64,000 nt of DNA from Paraphysomonas bandaiensis (lineage: Eukaryota > Protista > Chrysophyceae), in assembly GCA_965644295.1 (NCBI GenBank), contig CBFFRP010000294.1:1-64000 (forward strand), read 5' to 3'. Below the pieces are notes generated by a model. It ran no database searches and was not told where the DNA came from. It saw only the letters and a program-made list of their open reading frames with translations. Both the position numbers and the translations under genes were made by a program. Positions 14,626 through 27,700 of this stretch are shown here, one piece after another; within the stretch, counting starts at the first letter, position 1; every line of letters starts with the position of its first letter.

Positions 14626-15306
14626 TTTTTTAACGTAGTAATTTTCGTGTAGTTTCACGCCCTACCTGTTTTTGAACTATTTGTAGTTCTCACCGAGATC
14701 CAGATTAGCAGAAACAAGTAGGTTACTATTATAAGTGCAAATACAATAAGCACCATACTATGAATCTCTGTGTTAATTCTCGTATCTCATCATGCGTAAT
14801 GAGGGTAGAAGGCATGGTACATGGTGCTAATTGTAATTACAGTGCGCCAGTCCAAAGTGATACTACAGTGTACAGATAATCCTTTGCTCTTTGCGGAATT
14901 AATTTAAATATGTTATTTCTAACAATAGATATGTATCAGATAACGTACGATATAATCGATGGTGAGAGATGTGCTTTGTTGTGTGGCGTCTAGCCAGCTG
15001 GCCAGTATGTGTATTGGCCACTACAATGTGATGGGAAAACAGCTTTCCAAATAACCGTAAGCCATAAACCACAAGTCCATATAAAAATATAAACTGCAAA
15101 ATTAATCATTACATAGTTAGCGGCTGCTGAGGTGCCGTTATCAGTTATCAGAACCCGTGGGGTGCGGTAGTACCAACCAACACAACCATGAATGAGAGAC
15201 AACACGAAAAGTCATACCATTGCAGTTATTATACAGTATGAGAACATCATGCTATTAAATTCATCACCACTACATCGATAGCTCTATGTGAACCTGCAGC
15301 GAAATA

Positions 15307-16674
15307 TTATGGTCTCGCTAAGAGGGCATCTTCGTCAGGGATTGGGGGCATGGCCTCTGACGGCATCTGCCCTTCGGAAGCCATCTCATCTCGTACGCGT
15401 TCAGCTGTTTCAAGAACTCTCATCATATTTCCGGAGAGAATCTTGCAGATATCTTCATCTGAATACCCGCGATATATTAGCTCGGCCGTAAGGTTTGGGT
15501 AGCATGCCACATCCTCCAGACCCCTTGCAAGTTTAGTGGTACCATCGTAATCACCACCTATCCCTGTATGTATATCCAAGTAAAAACATATCTAAATTAT
15601 CTACGAAAGGAAATACCAATGTGGTCAATGCCAGCGATATTACGCACATGATCAATATGATCGGCAACTTCGATTACTGTGGCACCCGTACGTCCACCTC
15701 TTACCCAGAACTGACCCGCCACGAAATCTGACACGAATGTAATCATGATAACCCCTCCATTGGCCGGAAGCATCGCGAGAACATCATCTGGTACATCCCG
15801 AGGATGGTTGCATAATGCCCGTGAAGAGGAGTGAGAGAATATCACCGGCGCACGGGAGACCTCAAGAGCTCGCCGCATAGTGACATGATGTACATGCGAG
15901 AGGTCCACTAGCATGCCGAGGCGGTTCATCTCTCGCACCACTTCGCAACCAAAATCAGTGAGCCCTCCATTAGGGGCATCTGCGCAAAACTCTCCTGTAA
16001 CAGAGAGGGCTGCGTCAGCCCATGAAGGCCCACCGTTGTGGGTTAGTGTCATATATCGCACCCCAAGTTTATACATCATTCGTAGTGAGCCTAAACTGCC
16101 GTTTATCTGATGTCCTCCTTCCATTCCACACATAGAGGCAATTTTTCCTGCCTTGAATATACGGCGCACATCTTCAGCACTGTAGGCGATTTCAAAAGTA
16201 TCCGAGTATTTATCAACCATGCGATGTATGATGTCAATTTGTTCAAGTGTAGTCTGTACCGCTTGAGGGCCTAATCTGGTTGCAGGAGTATATACACTCC
16301 AGAATTGCCACCCAATTCCCCCTTCTCTCAGACGAGGTATGTCTGTATGAAGACATGCGTGGAAAGGTCCTATGAATGATAAGCTCTATACAAGTAACAC
16401 TGATAGATTATAAGGGCTTGATACCTTTAAACGCACGACCACGATGATTTTTTAGTAAATCAAGATCATAGATTCCACATGGACCAGATGGTTCGATTTC
16501 TCGATAAGTCCATGCAATATCATTATCTGTGTAGTATATATAAGGGTTATATATATCAATGGAGTTGATATCATACATACGTCCATCGCAAACAGGTATT
16601 GTTTTATGTAAATCTTTTGCATGAGATAAATGTATTTGAGCACGTAATGTATCATCAGCTGGAAATGACGACAT
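15307..16674 (-). CDS. Membrane dipeptidase, peptidase family M19 (multi-exon, no evident signal peptide)
   Basis: Spliced DGHND motif; TDIPRLREGG; GMEGGH; GVRYMTLTH; LVDLSH; PVIFSHSS; HPRDVPDDVL; GIDHIGIGGDYDG. Confidence 0.93.
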
Positions 16675-16728
16675 ATTTGTGAGATCCTTTAATGAAATGA
16701 TCTTAAGTGATAATAGACAGCCATATCA

Positions 16729-16865
16729 TATCGGCATCCTTTGTATATTTTTGTTCAAAGATGCCTCTAATATTGAGACAACAATTATCTGTATTCCAGC
16801 CGTAATTTTATATCAGTAATAGAGTGTAATTTGACTTCAATTAATTTCCGAAAAATAAGATGCAT
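16729..16865 (-). repeat. ~135-bp dispersed element, copy 1 (upstream of the dipeptidase ATG)
   Basis: The reverse complement aligns with 51992-52126 and 52167-52301 (TCTTATTTTTCGGAAAT...TACGGCTGGAATACAGATAATTGTTGTCTCAATATTAGAGGCATCTTTGAACAAAAATATACAAAGGATGCCGATA). Confidence 0.9.
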
Positions 16866-17031
16866 ACGCCTGCTGTACTATTAGCTACACAGAGTGGAAC
16901 ATAAATCCAAGTGAAGTCACCAGCAGCAGATATATATTCTATATCAACTCACCACATACTCATACATCAATATATACAGCTGTATATACCATATGTCTCA
17001 GTCCAAGATGTTTCTATCTAACCCAATAAAG

Positions 17032-17049
17032 TCCTGTGATTGGCTCATT
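17032..17049 (+). promoter_or_regulatory. Inverted CCAAT-box-containing motif upstream of the Myb gene
   Basis: TCCTGTGATTGGCTCATT; nearly identical TCCTGTGATTGGACTCATT at 41249-41267 upstream of the DnaJ gene. Confidence 0.45.
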
Positions 17050-17242
17050 GGACTGAAAAGATAAAGAAGAAATCTGGAAATGGTTGAACCAGCCATTCTT
17101 CCCATCCATCATTCAACTGCTCATTGACAGTTCGGTCCAGCAAATACATATATATATATGAAGAGAGAAGAACACTTTGCAATAATATTATAAGTGAATA
17201 TATTTATATAGATAGATTTAGTGATTCATATTATTATTGCAA

Positions 17243-18482
17243 ATGGAAACACCATTAAAGAATAAAAGTGATCATAGTAGAGACTCTAGTACTTCAAAGA
17301 GAAAGCCTGTTAGGAAATGGACTCCTGAAGAGGTGACTTCTATTGACTCAATTGGAATTATATTAATATATATGCATTTATAGGATGAACTCATGATATC
17401 ACTTGTAAGAGACTATGGAACACGTCATTGGGGATTGATAGGGTCCAAGATAACAGGACGTACTGGGAAACAGTGCAGAGAGCGTTGGCATAATCAACTT
17501 GATCCATCTATATCAAAACATGGTTGGACAGAAGAGGAAGAAAGAATATTAATTAAAGTATGTAGAATTATATGTATATATATGTTGTGACCTGTTATAT
17601 TAGGCGCATGCGGAACTTGGCAACAAATGGGCTGAGATTGCTAAATATCTTCCGGGTAGGACAGATAATACCATCAAGAATCACTGGAATAGTGCCAAGA
17701 GAAGGATATTGCGCATGGAATGTTCTAATCGCATGTCCCCGCGAGGGAGTGATGAGCTTAAATCATGTATTTCTGGAGATAACTTAGATGAATTCAAACC
17801 CGAGAAAGATGTGAAATCAGCTTCCATTCCCCCTCCCTTGATAGTACAAGCACCGCTGGTATCACCAAAGTCACATCCTGAGACCCCCACGCCTACTGTT
17901 CAGAAAACCCCGCGATCGATCAAAGCCAGTAAAACTCCTAAGACGAATCCAAAGGATGCTAAGACAGGGTGGATAAGCCCCATAAATCTCCCTGTGAGTT
18001 TCAACCTTCCGGTAAAGATTGAGGAAACACCTGAAGAAGATAGAGAGGCTGCTGATACCCTGATATCTATGGCCGATAAAAGCACTCCTCTTACCATAGG
18101 ACAGAAGCGTGGCATATCTGATCTCTCCGTTGTGACAGACTTCGAGTACTCGTTTCCGTTGTTCAATCGTCCGAAAAAGAGGCGTGCTGTAGGAGCCGCC
18201 CGAAGGTTATGTATGTCCATCCGCAATATCAATCCTTTGCCAATTGCATCGACTCCGTCTAATGAGAATTTTAGTTTTTCTCCCCGACATGCCTCTCCTA
18301 CCTCTATGGAGACTTTAAGCGTTCTCGCAGACACAGCAATGGAGCTGTGTTCCGCCCGGTCCATCCCTCGGAACGCTCACTCCGAACCATCCATATACAC
18401 ATTCCCTACCCCACTTTCACCACCACCTGGATTGCATTTCACTGCAATCTGTCCATCTATACCTCTTGACACTCATATATAA
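17243..18482 (+). CDS. R2R3-Myb transcription factor (3 exons)
   Basis: Spliced KWTPEE|DELMISLV...[17 protein letters not shown]...[11 protein letters not shown]|[30 protein letters not shown], followed by a low-complexity P/S/T tail. Confidence 0.95.
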
Positions 18483-19499
18483 TTATTTCATCGATTTTGT
18501 ATTCTCGAGAATCCAGGGCAGAATTTGACGCCACAGGTTAGATTCTCATGTTCCATAGGCATTATTAACCTGGCAGCGGGGCTGGCACACTAATTAGTTA
18601 GGATGAATTAATATTTCAGTGGTTTGGCGATATAAGTAGTAGCTTGGTTAGTCGAATATGAAGTTTATCATTATTTTTGCTCCATTACTAAATATCATTG
18701 GAAGTCGTAACACGTATTTCTCAAACTTTCTCGCTATTTTTCGTTTAGATATGTTATATTGTTGTGGCTTTTCAGTATCCACTATACAATCATCATTTAG
18801 CACCGTATTCATTAAGACAGCATGCTTTCGTACATTCTACATGTCGTGAGGAGTGAGGAGTGCATAGCACATAGCACTACAATATGCGTATATGTAATGC
18901 TCAATACGTTGTACACGTAACTTGCCACATGGATTCAAGGCAATAGTAAAGTGATTATACATTATACCTGCAAGGGCAGGTGGGACTAAGGACTAGGGAG
19001 CATTACATTGAATTGGCATGTATTGCAATAGTATTGTTGGACAGGTTTAAAAACTCCATCAATATTATATATTATTGCTTGATGGGACGCTATCTAACAA
19101 TCTGAAACCTGCTGTCTTGCCAAACATTTACTTCCTCAGCTTGTTTTCTAATGATCAGGTCACCTTTTTGAACCGTACCATGTACTTTCATATATAATCC
19201 TCAAAAATACTTTCAGCTAATAGAAAATTCTTTGCCATATATGAAATGATTTTGCTCTGGTGGCTACAAGGTATCAGAGTGTATAAATCACGAATGCAGA
19301 AAAGAATACAAAATATTCCAAGAACAAAAAGCAAGAACCTTGCTTGCAAGTGAGTATTTTATTGTACAACACACGCTGAGTACGACTATCCATTATTATA
19401 TATAGACGATAAACAGCTATGAAACTGATAAGTATCGGGTACTTCATTGGATTGTCAACACGAAATTTAGTAATACGATACATACATAATGTCAACGAT

Positions 19500-20906
19500 C
19501 TAACTGCTATTCTCATCATCCGAGTCGTCATCCATCTGAAGGGCACCAAAAGCGTTCACGACTTGTTGGGAATTCTTTCTGCTATCCTGACTACGGACAG
19601 CACTCTCCTTCCGAGCCATCTTCTCCTGCGCTTGGGTGAACTTTAGTAGCCTCGCCTCTTCACTGTCGTCCATCTTATCCTTGCGAGTCTAGAGCACAAA
19701 CATACGCCAAATTAATGAATATTACACTTGACGCAAGGAGGTACACATCAAATATACAGGACCGAATATATAATTAAGTAATTTAAGTAACGACATATAG
19801 AAAATATGCCCCACCTTATTTGACTGTGCGGCCTCAGCAGGAGTATCAGATGGCTTCGTTTTAGGCTTATTGCCTCTGCCCGCACCACGCGCGTCTCCTC
19901 TTCCTTCCCCGCGCTGTGGTCTCCTACTTCCTTCTCCCCTACCCCCTCGTCCTCCTCGCACGCTCTTCTCGCGGCGACCTTCCTTGGAGGTGTCCACATT
20001 CTTGGGAGCTTCCTTTGAAACCGTTGACGAGACCCCAGTTACTGCCGACGAGTTAACAACATCAGCCTCTTCAGCCTTGGTCGGTGGCACAGGAGGCGTA
20101 GTATTCTCTTGCACAGGAGCTGGGGGAGGTACCTCTGCCTTTTTCTGGAGCGCCAGCTCATCCCGGGGCTTTCCCTCACCAAAGATGCCAGTTGGAGCTG
20201 CCGTAGGGGCACCAACCTGCTCAATCGGCAATGTACGAGGCTTAATTTCGATCTTTTTGCGTGTCGCGGGGGGTTCGGACGATCCGCCGGTAGGCTGGAT
20301 GGGCTCGCTGACAGGGCGACTGTCTCTCCCTCTCCCACCGGACCTACGAGCGTCGTAACCTCTACCCCTGGAGTCATTTCCCCTCTCATATCCGCGTCCT
20401 CTTCCACCCCCTTCTCTGTTATCTCGTGAACGAGAGCGGTAACCATCCCGGTTGTCTCGGGGTCGCCTGTCACCATCTCTACGATAAGCCCCACCCCCGC
20501 GTTGAGGTTTGTTACCAACGCTAACTGTAATACGACGTCTCTCGAACTCAAAATCATTAGCATTTAAAGCCGTATCTAGACTGGCATTATCACGAAACTC
20601 TACATGAGCAGAACCCTTTGAACGACCAGTTTCATTTTTATGTATTCTGACATCCTGTACATGACATCCTCTCTTCTCAAAGAATGTTCTCAGATAATTC
20701 TCATCAATACTATATAATAAATTGCCAATATGAGCAACATATGGTCCACCTGTAGAGGGTTCTTTAAGAACAGATTCCTCTACTTGTTGTGGTTGAGCAA
20801 AATTAGGAACAGGTTCTCTGGTATTGTCAAGTATCTCTTCCTCTTCATCGCTCCCTTCAATTGATGAATCATCATCATCTGCCCAATCTTTACCTTTCCC
20901 AGACAT
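19500..20906 (-). CDS. eIF4B/eIF4H-like RRM protein (2 exons)
   Basis: RRM (AHIGNL; SKGSAHVEF), RG/DR-rich region, KIEIKPRTLP and IFGEGKPRDE motifs. Last exon ends VNAFGALQMDDDSDDENSS* with the TAG at 19500-19502. Confidence 0.85.
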
Positions 20907-21455
20907 TTAATTAACAATAATTAAGGATTAAATACAAGTAGATTAAATCTTATGTGATAGAGTAGTTAGTATAGAGAGATGTGGAGACGTCTATAGTATA
21001 TGTGGTGTTTGCTACACTGATGTGCGGCTATTGTTTCGAATCCATTGTTAATAATAAAATATCTTCTACAGTCAGACTGAAATAATGGATATATTCTGTG
21101 TGTTATATAGTTATATATATAGATTTACAGATTTACATATATGGATATGTAGTATACAGACTGTAGTAGTGTGGTATACAGTTTACGTATTCAAAGTGTA
21201 TGCAACACTCTTATATTACATAGTAGTACATACACTGCATACAGAGTTGTCATATACAGCAGCTGGATCAAACTGTCACTCTACCATAATACAAACAATT
21301 GTGAAGATCAAACATCATTATTTCTTTCAACACACTACTATCTTAATATTCAAGATAGATTATGCATTGACCCTGTGAACATTGACTTCAACAATATTTC
21401 ATATCATTAATACAGTTGTGTATACTTCTCTATACTGAACTCTACCTCATCTAAC

Positions 21456-22928
21456 TTGACTTATCATACAATATCACTTCATACTAAATATTATATTTTA
21501 CATTCTGTAATTTTACAAAAAAAAATGAATATTCATATGAATGATAATCAATTTCATACAATATTACAAAATTATTTTACAAAATTACAACAATATTCAA
21601 TTAATCCAATAAATCATGCACTTCATACCCTTCATATATTATCATATTATAAAAATATTCATACTATAAATCCTAGATATAATCATATACATACTCTAAA
21701 AACCCCTCATTCAGTATATAAATATGATATGAATATCACGGATATGTATGATGAATTACATCATTATATTAATGAAATCAAATCTATGAAACAAGCATTA
21801 TATATACAATTAGATGAATATTGTAAAATATTAAAGAATTCAACTATCATATCAAAAGATATTAAAGATACTTGGCAAGATTATAATGCAGCATGTGATC
21901 AATTATCTCAACAAATTCATGCAATTGATGAAAGACGTTTAAGATCAGCAATCTATTCAATGGATATGTTAGATAAAGATATAAAGAAAGGAGGATATGC
22001 TCGTTTATGTTCACTTATTGAGATTGGGATTCAAAGTGTTCAAACAGCTATTGAACAATTATCTTTAAAATTAAAACAAAGTCGTAATGACTTTATTGCT
22101 GTACGTCATTCAGAGGACCTTCTTGAAAGTGCAGCACAAGAAAGTTATGAACGTCTTAGAGATTCATATCTGAATTTATTGAGGTTATCGTATAAGAGAG
22201 CCCTTCAGAATGATAAGAGATGGATTCAAGTGGAGGCTGAGTGTAGGGAGTGGCTTCTTAAGGAAATGAAATCTGTGTTAGGACGATATATTGACAAAGA
22301 CGGGGAAAGTGGGTCAGAAATATCTCAACGGATGGATGCGAATCGTGCGGCCACAACTCGTAGACTTCAGCAGTTTTCAGATAAGTACTTGTCTTCAGCA
22401 AAAGAAAAATTGCAAAGAAATTCTAAATATGCGGACCTTCTTCACGATATGAAACGTAGAGGACACCGATGGAGGGATGGTGAGAGGCAAAAAATGGACG
22501 AGTGGCTTCATGTGACAACAAGTGAGATAGAGGAGTGTTATGATGACTCTTTGGAGGAGTTACGGAACAAGGTGTGTGAGATTAGACTCCGTATTAACGA
22601 ACTGCAGTTGCATGCCCAAAAACTTGGCCATCTTAATAAAATTCCTTTGGCCAGTGTAGAATCACTTCGGCAGAGAACTGATTCCCCAAGGAAAGGAAGT
22701 CCAATGAAAGGCTTTGTCCCAATGAGAGACCAGCCACCACCTGCCATGTCGATGAATCTTGGGAGCAGACTTTATGGCTTAAGTAAATCTGTTGGAGTTT
22801 CAGATGAGGAAGCATCGCTGCTTTTGACGCAACTTTTGTATATCGCTAGCCCTGATGCAGCCTTGCTGTCAAAGCTAAATCATTGTGTCAACTATTATTC
22901 CAAGAAAACTAACCGTACCATTGTGTAA
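21456..22928 (+). CDS. Hypothetical coiled-coil protein (true start uncertain; upstream exons possible from ~21085)
   Basis: 490-codon open frame, helical and charged; very AT-rich 5' part; no recognised domain. Confidence 0.65.
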   Translation: MTYHTISLHTKYYILHSVILQKKMNIHMNDNQFHTILQNYFTKLQQYSINPINHALHTLHILSYYKNIHTINPRYNHIHTLKTPHSVYKYDMNITDMYDELHHYINEIKSMKQALYIQLDEYCKILKNSTIISKDIKDTWQDYNAACDQLSQQIHAIDERRLRSAIYSMDMLDKDIKKGGYARLCSLIEIGIQSVQTAIEQLSLKLKQSRNDFIAVRHSEDLLESAAQESYERLRDSYLNLLRLSYKRALQNDKRWIQVEAECREWLLKEMKSVLGRYIDKDGESGSEISQRMDANRAATTRRLQQFSDKYLSSAKEKLQRNSKYADLLHDMKRRGHRWRDGERQKMDEWLHVTTSEIEECYDDSLEELRNKVCEIRLRINELQLHAQKLGHLNKIPLASVESLRQRTDSPRKGSPMKGFVPMRDQPPPAMSMNLGSRLYGLSKSVGVSDEEASLLLTQLLYIASPDAALLSKLNHCVNYYSKKTNRTIV

Positions 22929-23267
22929 AATACTTGTGTAGAGTTTTAGTCGATATATTGTGTAAGAGTAAGAATTGTGTCTATCCTCTTTCGTTCATAC
23001 TCTTCTGCTTGGAGGTACTATTAAATCGCCATTCATTGACACCTGCTATACCGAGCAAGTTTGCGTTGTGTCGTTGAAATGTTGAAATACATAGCACAGC
23101 TTTCAACACTTTATGTGGAGCGATAATTCCAGCTTTAGAAGCTAATTATATTTAATAATTATCAAAATCTCCGCAATATTTATTCTGTCTTCAATATTTG
23201 TTGTTGTGTTCTTTCCCAGAGGCTGGCTTGCTAAGTATAGTTATATTTAACCACGGATAATAAGGGG

Positions 23268-23830
23268 ACTCCCTGAACAAAGTCGGACTCGCACCTTTTC
23301 GTGGTGTTGTGGGGGATAAGTACCAGAGATATATATGAAAGTCTTATTTTAAGCAGTAGGCGTCAAGAATCATAACCAGATAAGTAGCTAGATGAAAACT
23401 AGTCAAGCTAGATCGACTTCTACCTGTAACTAACTGATAAAAATTCTCATATCCTACTATGTAACGCTACAGAAACTGCTTGTGCGTCGCTGCAAGCACC
23501 AAGGTGCGACCACTTCCGCTCTTGTATGTGAGGGAGAAGCTCTCTGTGGACGTGAGTTCATGAAGTACAAAAGTGGTTAGACAGGGAGGCGCCAGTTGGG
23601 GTAGGGCTCCACAAGACTTTGTGGAGGCACAGAATTTTGGATTAGTGAGATAAATGGGCGAGGGAGTAGGTCGGGATTCCGGCGTGTCTTCGAATGGCTC
23701 GGGCCGCAAGTTGGGTGATAAGTACCGGAGAGATTTCTCCGGGAAACTAACGTGAGCCGCAAAAATAGACAGCAGATATTGTTCTGCCCACTCATATCCG
23801 AAAGCTTGTGTGGTACAAGGGACACCAATA
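23268..23830. repeat. Unclassified dispersed repeat: left part of the copy split by the copia, plus an inverted internal copy (23337-~23522)
   Basis: 23268-23324 and 23717-23830 align with 48275-48418. 23337-23522 is the reverse complement of 48612-48810 and, in part, of 29530-29686. Confidence 0.8.
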
Positions 23831-24150
23831 TGTTGAGTTTTGCTGTTTGTGAGCAATTAAAAGCTGTAGTTTCCAAGATATTAGAATTATATCCGTTACT
23901 CAAAGAATACAGTAGTAGCTAGCTGTAGTATGAGAACCAATAATATGATAGCCATTGTAGTGATAAAACTGAAATATACTGACTGTACAAGATAGTGACG
24001 ATGTAAGATCGTACTAGAAATGGTTGGTGTAGTAGAGATAGAAAGAGTTGGTGAACGTCAATGAATGAAGTATGGTATCTCTTATAATTATATAATATTC
24101 CATATAAGTGTTAACAAAGGTCTTATTACTAAAAATGTCTATTTCTAACA
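23831..24150 (+). repeat. 5' LTR (320 bp)
   Basis: TGTTGAG...CTAACA; no difference from the 3' LTR seen by eye. Confidence 0.97.
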
Positions 24151-24755
24151 TGGTAGCAGACAGTAGTTCGGAGTGGAAACTTCTTCCTAAATTTGATCAG
24201 TTCGGTGTAGTGAATTGGTCAAAGAATCTGAAAGTGTGGTTGATGAGGAAGAACAGGAACCATCTGGGTCTAGAGGACCGTCCAGTAAGACCAGCAAATA
24301 ATGCGCCAGTGACAGTCCGAAATAAGTACAAGGAGGATCTGGACAAGTGGCTGGAGAGGAAAGACACGTGCATCAGTTCGATATTTGAAGCTGTTCAACC
24401 AGTCGCTGAAGCCCTTGAGATCGTGGATCAGTACTTCCGGGAAAAGGATATGCTCCCGCAGGACCATCCTGATAAAGAGCAGTTAGCGAGTGAACTCATC
24501 TCTAGGTTAATTGTTCGGTTTCGAGGGGAAATCCAATATGAATTAGTTGAATTGAATAAGAAGTTTGCAGGATTCAAAATTCTACCGGGGGAACTCGTGT
24601 GCGCAGCAATCGATCGACTAAACGGCATCTGTCAAAAAATGTCCGAGTTGGGGGAACCACCCACTGACATCGCTAAAAAAAACGAAGTTACAGACTGCCC
24701 TCGAAACACGAAGCGATTTGGAGCAATTGTACACCAATCTCTACCTACAAGGTGA
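24135..24755 (+). CDS. gag: Copia gag N-terminal frame (ends after an A8 frameshift)
   Basis: In-frame ATGs at 24135 and 24150. Helical gag-like sequence. Removing one A from the run at 24675-24682 fuses it to the pol frame. Confidence 0.75.
   Translation: MSISNMVADSSSEWKLLPKFDQFGVVNWSKNLKVWLMRKNRNHLGLEDRPVRPANNAPVTVRNKYKEDLDKWLERKDTCISSIFEAVQPVAEALEIVDQYFREKDMLPQDHPDKEQLASELISRLIVRFRGEIQYELVELNKKFAGFKILPGELVCAAIDRLNGICQKMSELGEPPTDIAKKNEVTDCPRNTKRFGAIVHQSLPTR
24151..24160 (+). promoter_or_regulatory. Primer-binding site (initiator tRNA-Met type)
   Basis: TGGTAGCAGA directly after the 5' LTR; complementary to the 3' end of eukaryotic tRNAiMet. Confidence 0.8.
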
Positions 24756-27700
24756 CATAACCTTTATTGATATGATCACCATATGCAGGAGATACGATCA
24801 GGCAAAAGGTGTCCCGAAAGAAGGCACCGACGAAGTAAACATGAATTCCACTGCTGATGAAAATGAGGTGTGCAGCTATCCCAAATGTGGCAAACGGGGT
24901 CACTCACAGAAATCGTGCTGGAAGAAGAAGAGAGACCTTAAGATCGCGAAATTAAGAAGGCAGGGAAAGAGTCGTGGCGCTAGGAATCGATCTGAGAGTC
25001 GCAGAGACAACAACGAGAAGAAAAAATCAGATGGCTGCTATGTATGTGGAGACACCAGACATCGTGCGTATAAGTGCAAATTTCGTGCTCAAGTACGTAG
25101 TGACTCTGCCCAAGGAGACAAAAACCGGCCATTTTTGGACGAAAAGCCTGCAAAACGCACAGATTGGAATCGTTTTTTGCGGAGAGAGGAGCAAGAGGAA
25201 GATTCGGACTCTGTGAACATGATTATGTATGAGGAACCGCATGATGATTCATGTGTCTCTGAAGAGGTGCTACACACTTCCGATGAACCCGTGTATTTAG
25301 ACAGCTGTGCCTCTAATAAACTGTTCATTGTTAAGGACAGAAATTTCCTTCATACGGTCAAGAAGGAGGATGGAAATATACAGACAACCAGAGCTGGATC
25401 CAGTTTACACTATGAGGAAACTGGAGGCTTTGGCGATTGGACTGACATCAAGATCTGCCCTGGATCAGTCAAGAATATCTGCTCTGGAGGAATACTCCGT
25501 TCTCACGGGTATGGATTGCAGTTGTTGAACAAGCCCACTGTTGTGCGACTTGATACTGGGGAGACTGTATTGGAGGCAACCTACTCAAGCAACGGAATGC
25601 CTTATGTAAATTTACAGGAAATACTTGATCTTCCAAATTTGACAATGCTGGAGGAAGTATATTTGTCCGACAAGGTGCATGAAGATCCGTTAGAGATGTT
25701 ACACAAGCGCTGTGGACACGTCAGCAAACATAAGCTGATTGAAGCGTTTAAACACAGACTTTTTACCGGGAGCGGATTAACCCGACGACATCTCAGCAAG
25801 AAGAGTTTACGAAAAATGAAAGGTATTTGTAAAGCTTGCGCAAAATCAAAGATGACAAGGAAATCATTCACCGCAAAGAGAGATGACGAACTGCAAGCTA
25901 CAGAGTTCCTTGAGAAGGTTTCTGTGGACATTGCTGTATATTTCAATTGCCCATCCAGACAAGGATACAAATATGTTCTGACATTATCAGATATAGCCAC
26001 CAAGGAGTTTTGGGAATATCCGTTGGAGACACGGTCTGCGAATGAGGTGTTGAGTTGCGTGAAGGACTGGGTTGAGCGTAAACTCCCTACATATCCCGGT
26101 TCACACCGGTTGATACAGTACCATTCGGATGGGGGGGCTGAGTTGATCGACAAGTCCATTCAGCAATACTTAATGAGCAAGTTTGGAACTAGCATCACTT
26201 GGAGCTCCACAGACAGCCCTGAGATGAATGGTGTATCTGAGCGTAGGAATCGAACATTGGGAGAAATGACTCTGGCTCTGTTAATGGACTCAGGATTACC
26301 CGTAATTTTTTGGTGGGATGCTTATGTATATGCATGCATGATAGTTCGACGAATGCCTACACGTACATATCGAGGTTGGATGTCTCCAATGGAATGCGTC
26401 CCAGGAGGTTCAGTCCCTGACTTATCGAGATTTCGACGCTGGGGGTGCAAGGCTTATGTGCTTATTCCCAAAGGTGATCGTCGAAAGGACTGGCAGGAGA
26501 AGTCGCAGACTGGGTATTTCATAGGTCTATCCAATACGAAAAAGGGATCCCGTGTGTGGCTTGGTGACAAAGAAGTCGTATCAGTACATGTTCTGTATGA
26601 TGAAAGTATACCTCCAAGAGATAAGGAGTACTATGCAGAGCTTGAAGAGGCCTTAGTCAAAACTGACCCATTAGATCGATCAGTTGAAGAGTTTAAACAT
26701 CTGATTGGTTCGTATCATGTGGACGACGGGTTTCTCTTTAAGACTACGAGAGTTGTGGTGCGAAAAGGACTAATTGTGGCGTTTAGGGCGCTAGTAACTG
26801 CTGGGAAAGAGCAGATAGAAGAAAAAGTCCCTATTCACGTACGTGATATTGCCGAGTTGACTGGTGACTATAACCGCAGGCTGTACTCAAAACCTCGTTC
26901 TTGTGACGACAAGAGAGGTGGATCGTCATCTACGCCGGCTTCGGGTGACACGCCCAATAAGTCTACGGCGGATGAGATTCCAGGGAAGAGAATGTCCCTT
27001 CGTACTTTGCCGGAGAGTAGTGCGGGTGCTGTACCGAGTGGGGTCAGCGCGAATCGTGTCTTTGAGAATGTACCTTCTTGTGTGCCAAGTGAGAATAGTG
27101 GTACTGTACATGCTGAGTCAAGGGAGACCAGTGGTAAACGTACGCGAATCCGAAGGGTGTTGACTAATGTGTCCACCCTGGGTGAGGTAAACCTTCTCCA
27201 TGATGAGGAGATTGTTAACTTGTGTGATGAGAGTGATTGCGCACTTATGTCTAACTCGTCTACTTATAGAGAGCCTGAGACGTATGAAGAGTCATTGACA
27301 TGTCCTGAAGCTTCAAATTGGAAGGAAGCTAGACGATTAGAACGGAATGCATTATTCAAGCGGGAAGTGTTTAATGTCGTTGAGACGCCACCTGGTGTTA
27401 GACCTCTAAAGTCCAGATATGTGTTCAAACGAAAATACAATAAAGATGGATCAATAAAAAAGCATAAAGCTCGTCTGGTCGCTCTGGGATATGGTCAAAG
27501 GACAGGTATAGACGTCGAAAATACATTTGCTCCTGTGGTGAAATCGATTACGGTTAGACTAATCATTGCCCTTGCTTTCATGTTTAGTATGCACATCCAT
27601 CAACTTGACGTGTCGAATGCATTCTGTTATGCTAAAATCGAAGGAGACGTGTACATGGACCCTCCTCCCGATTTTCAGTTGCCACCAGGACACTGTTTCA

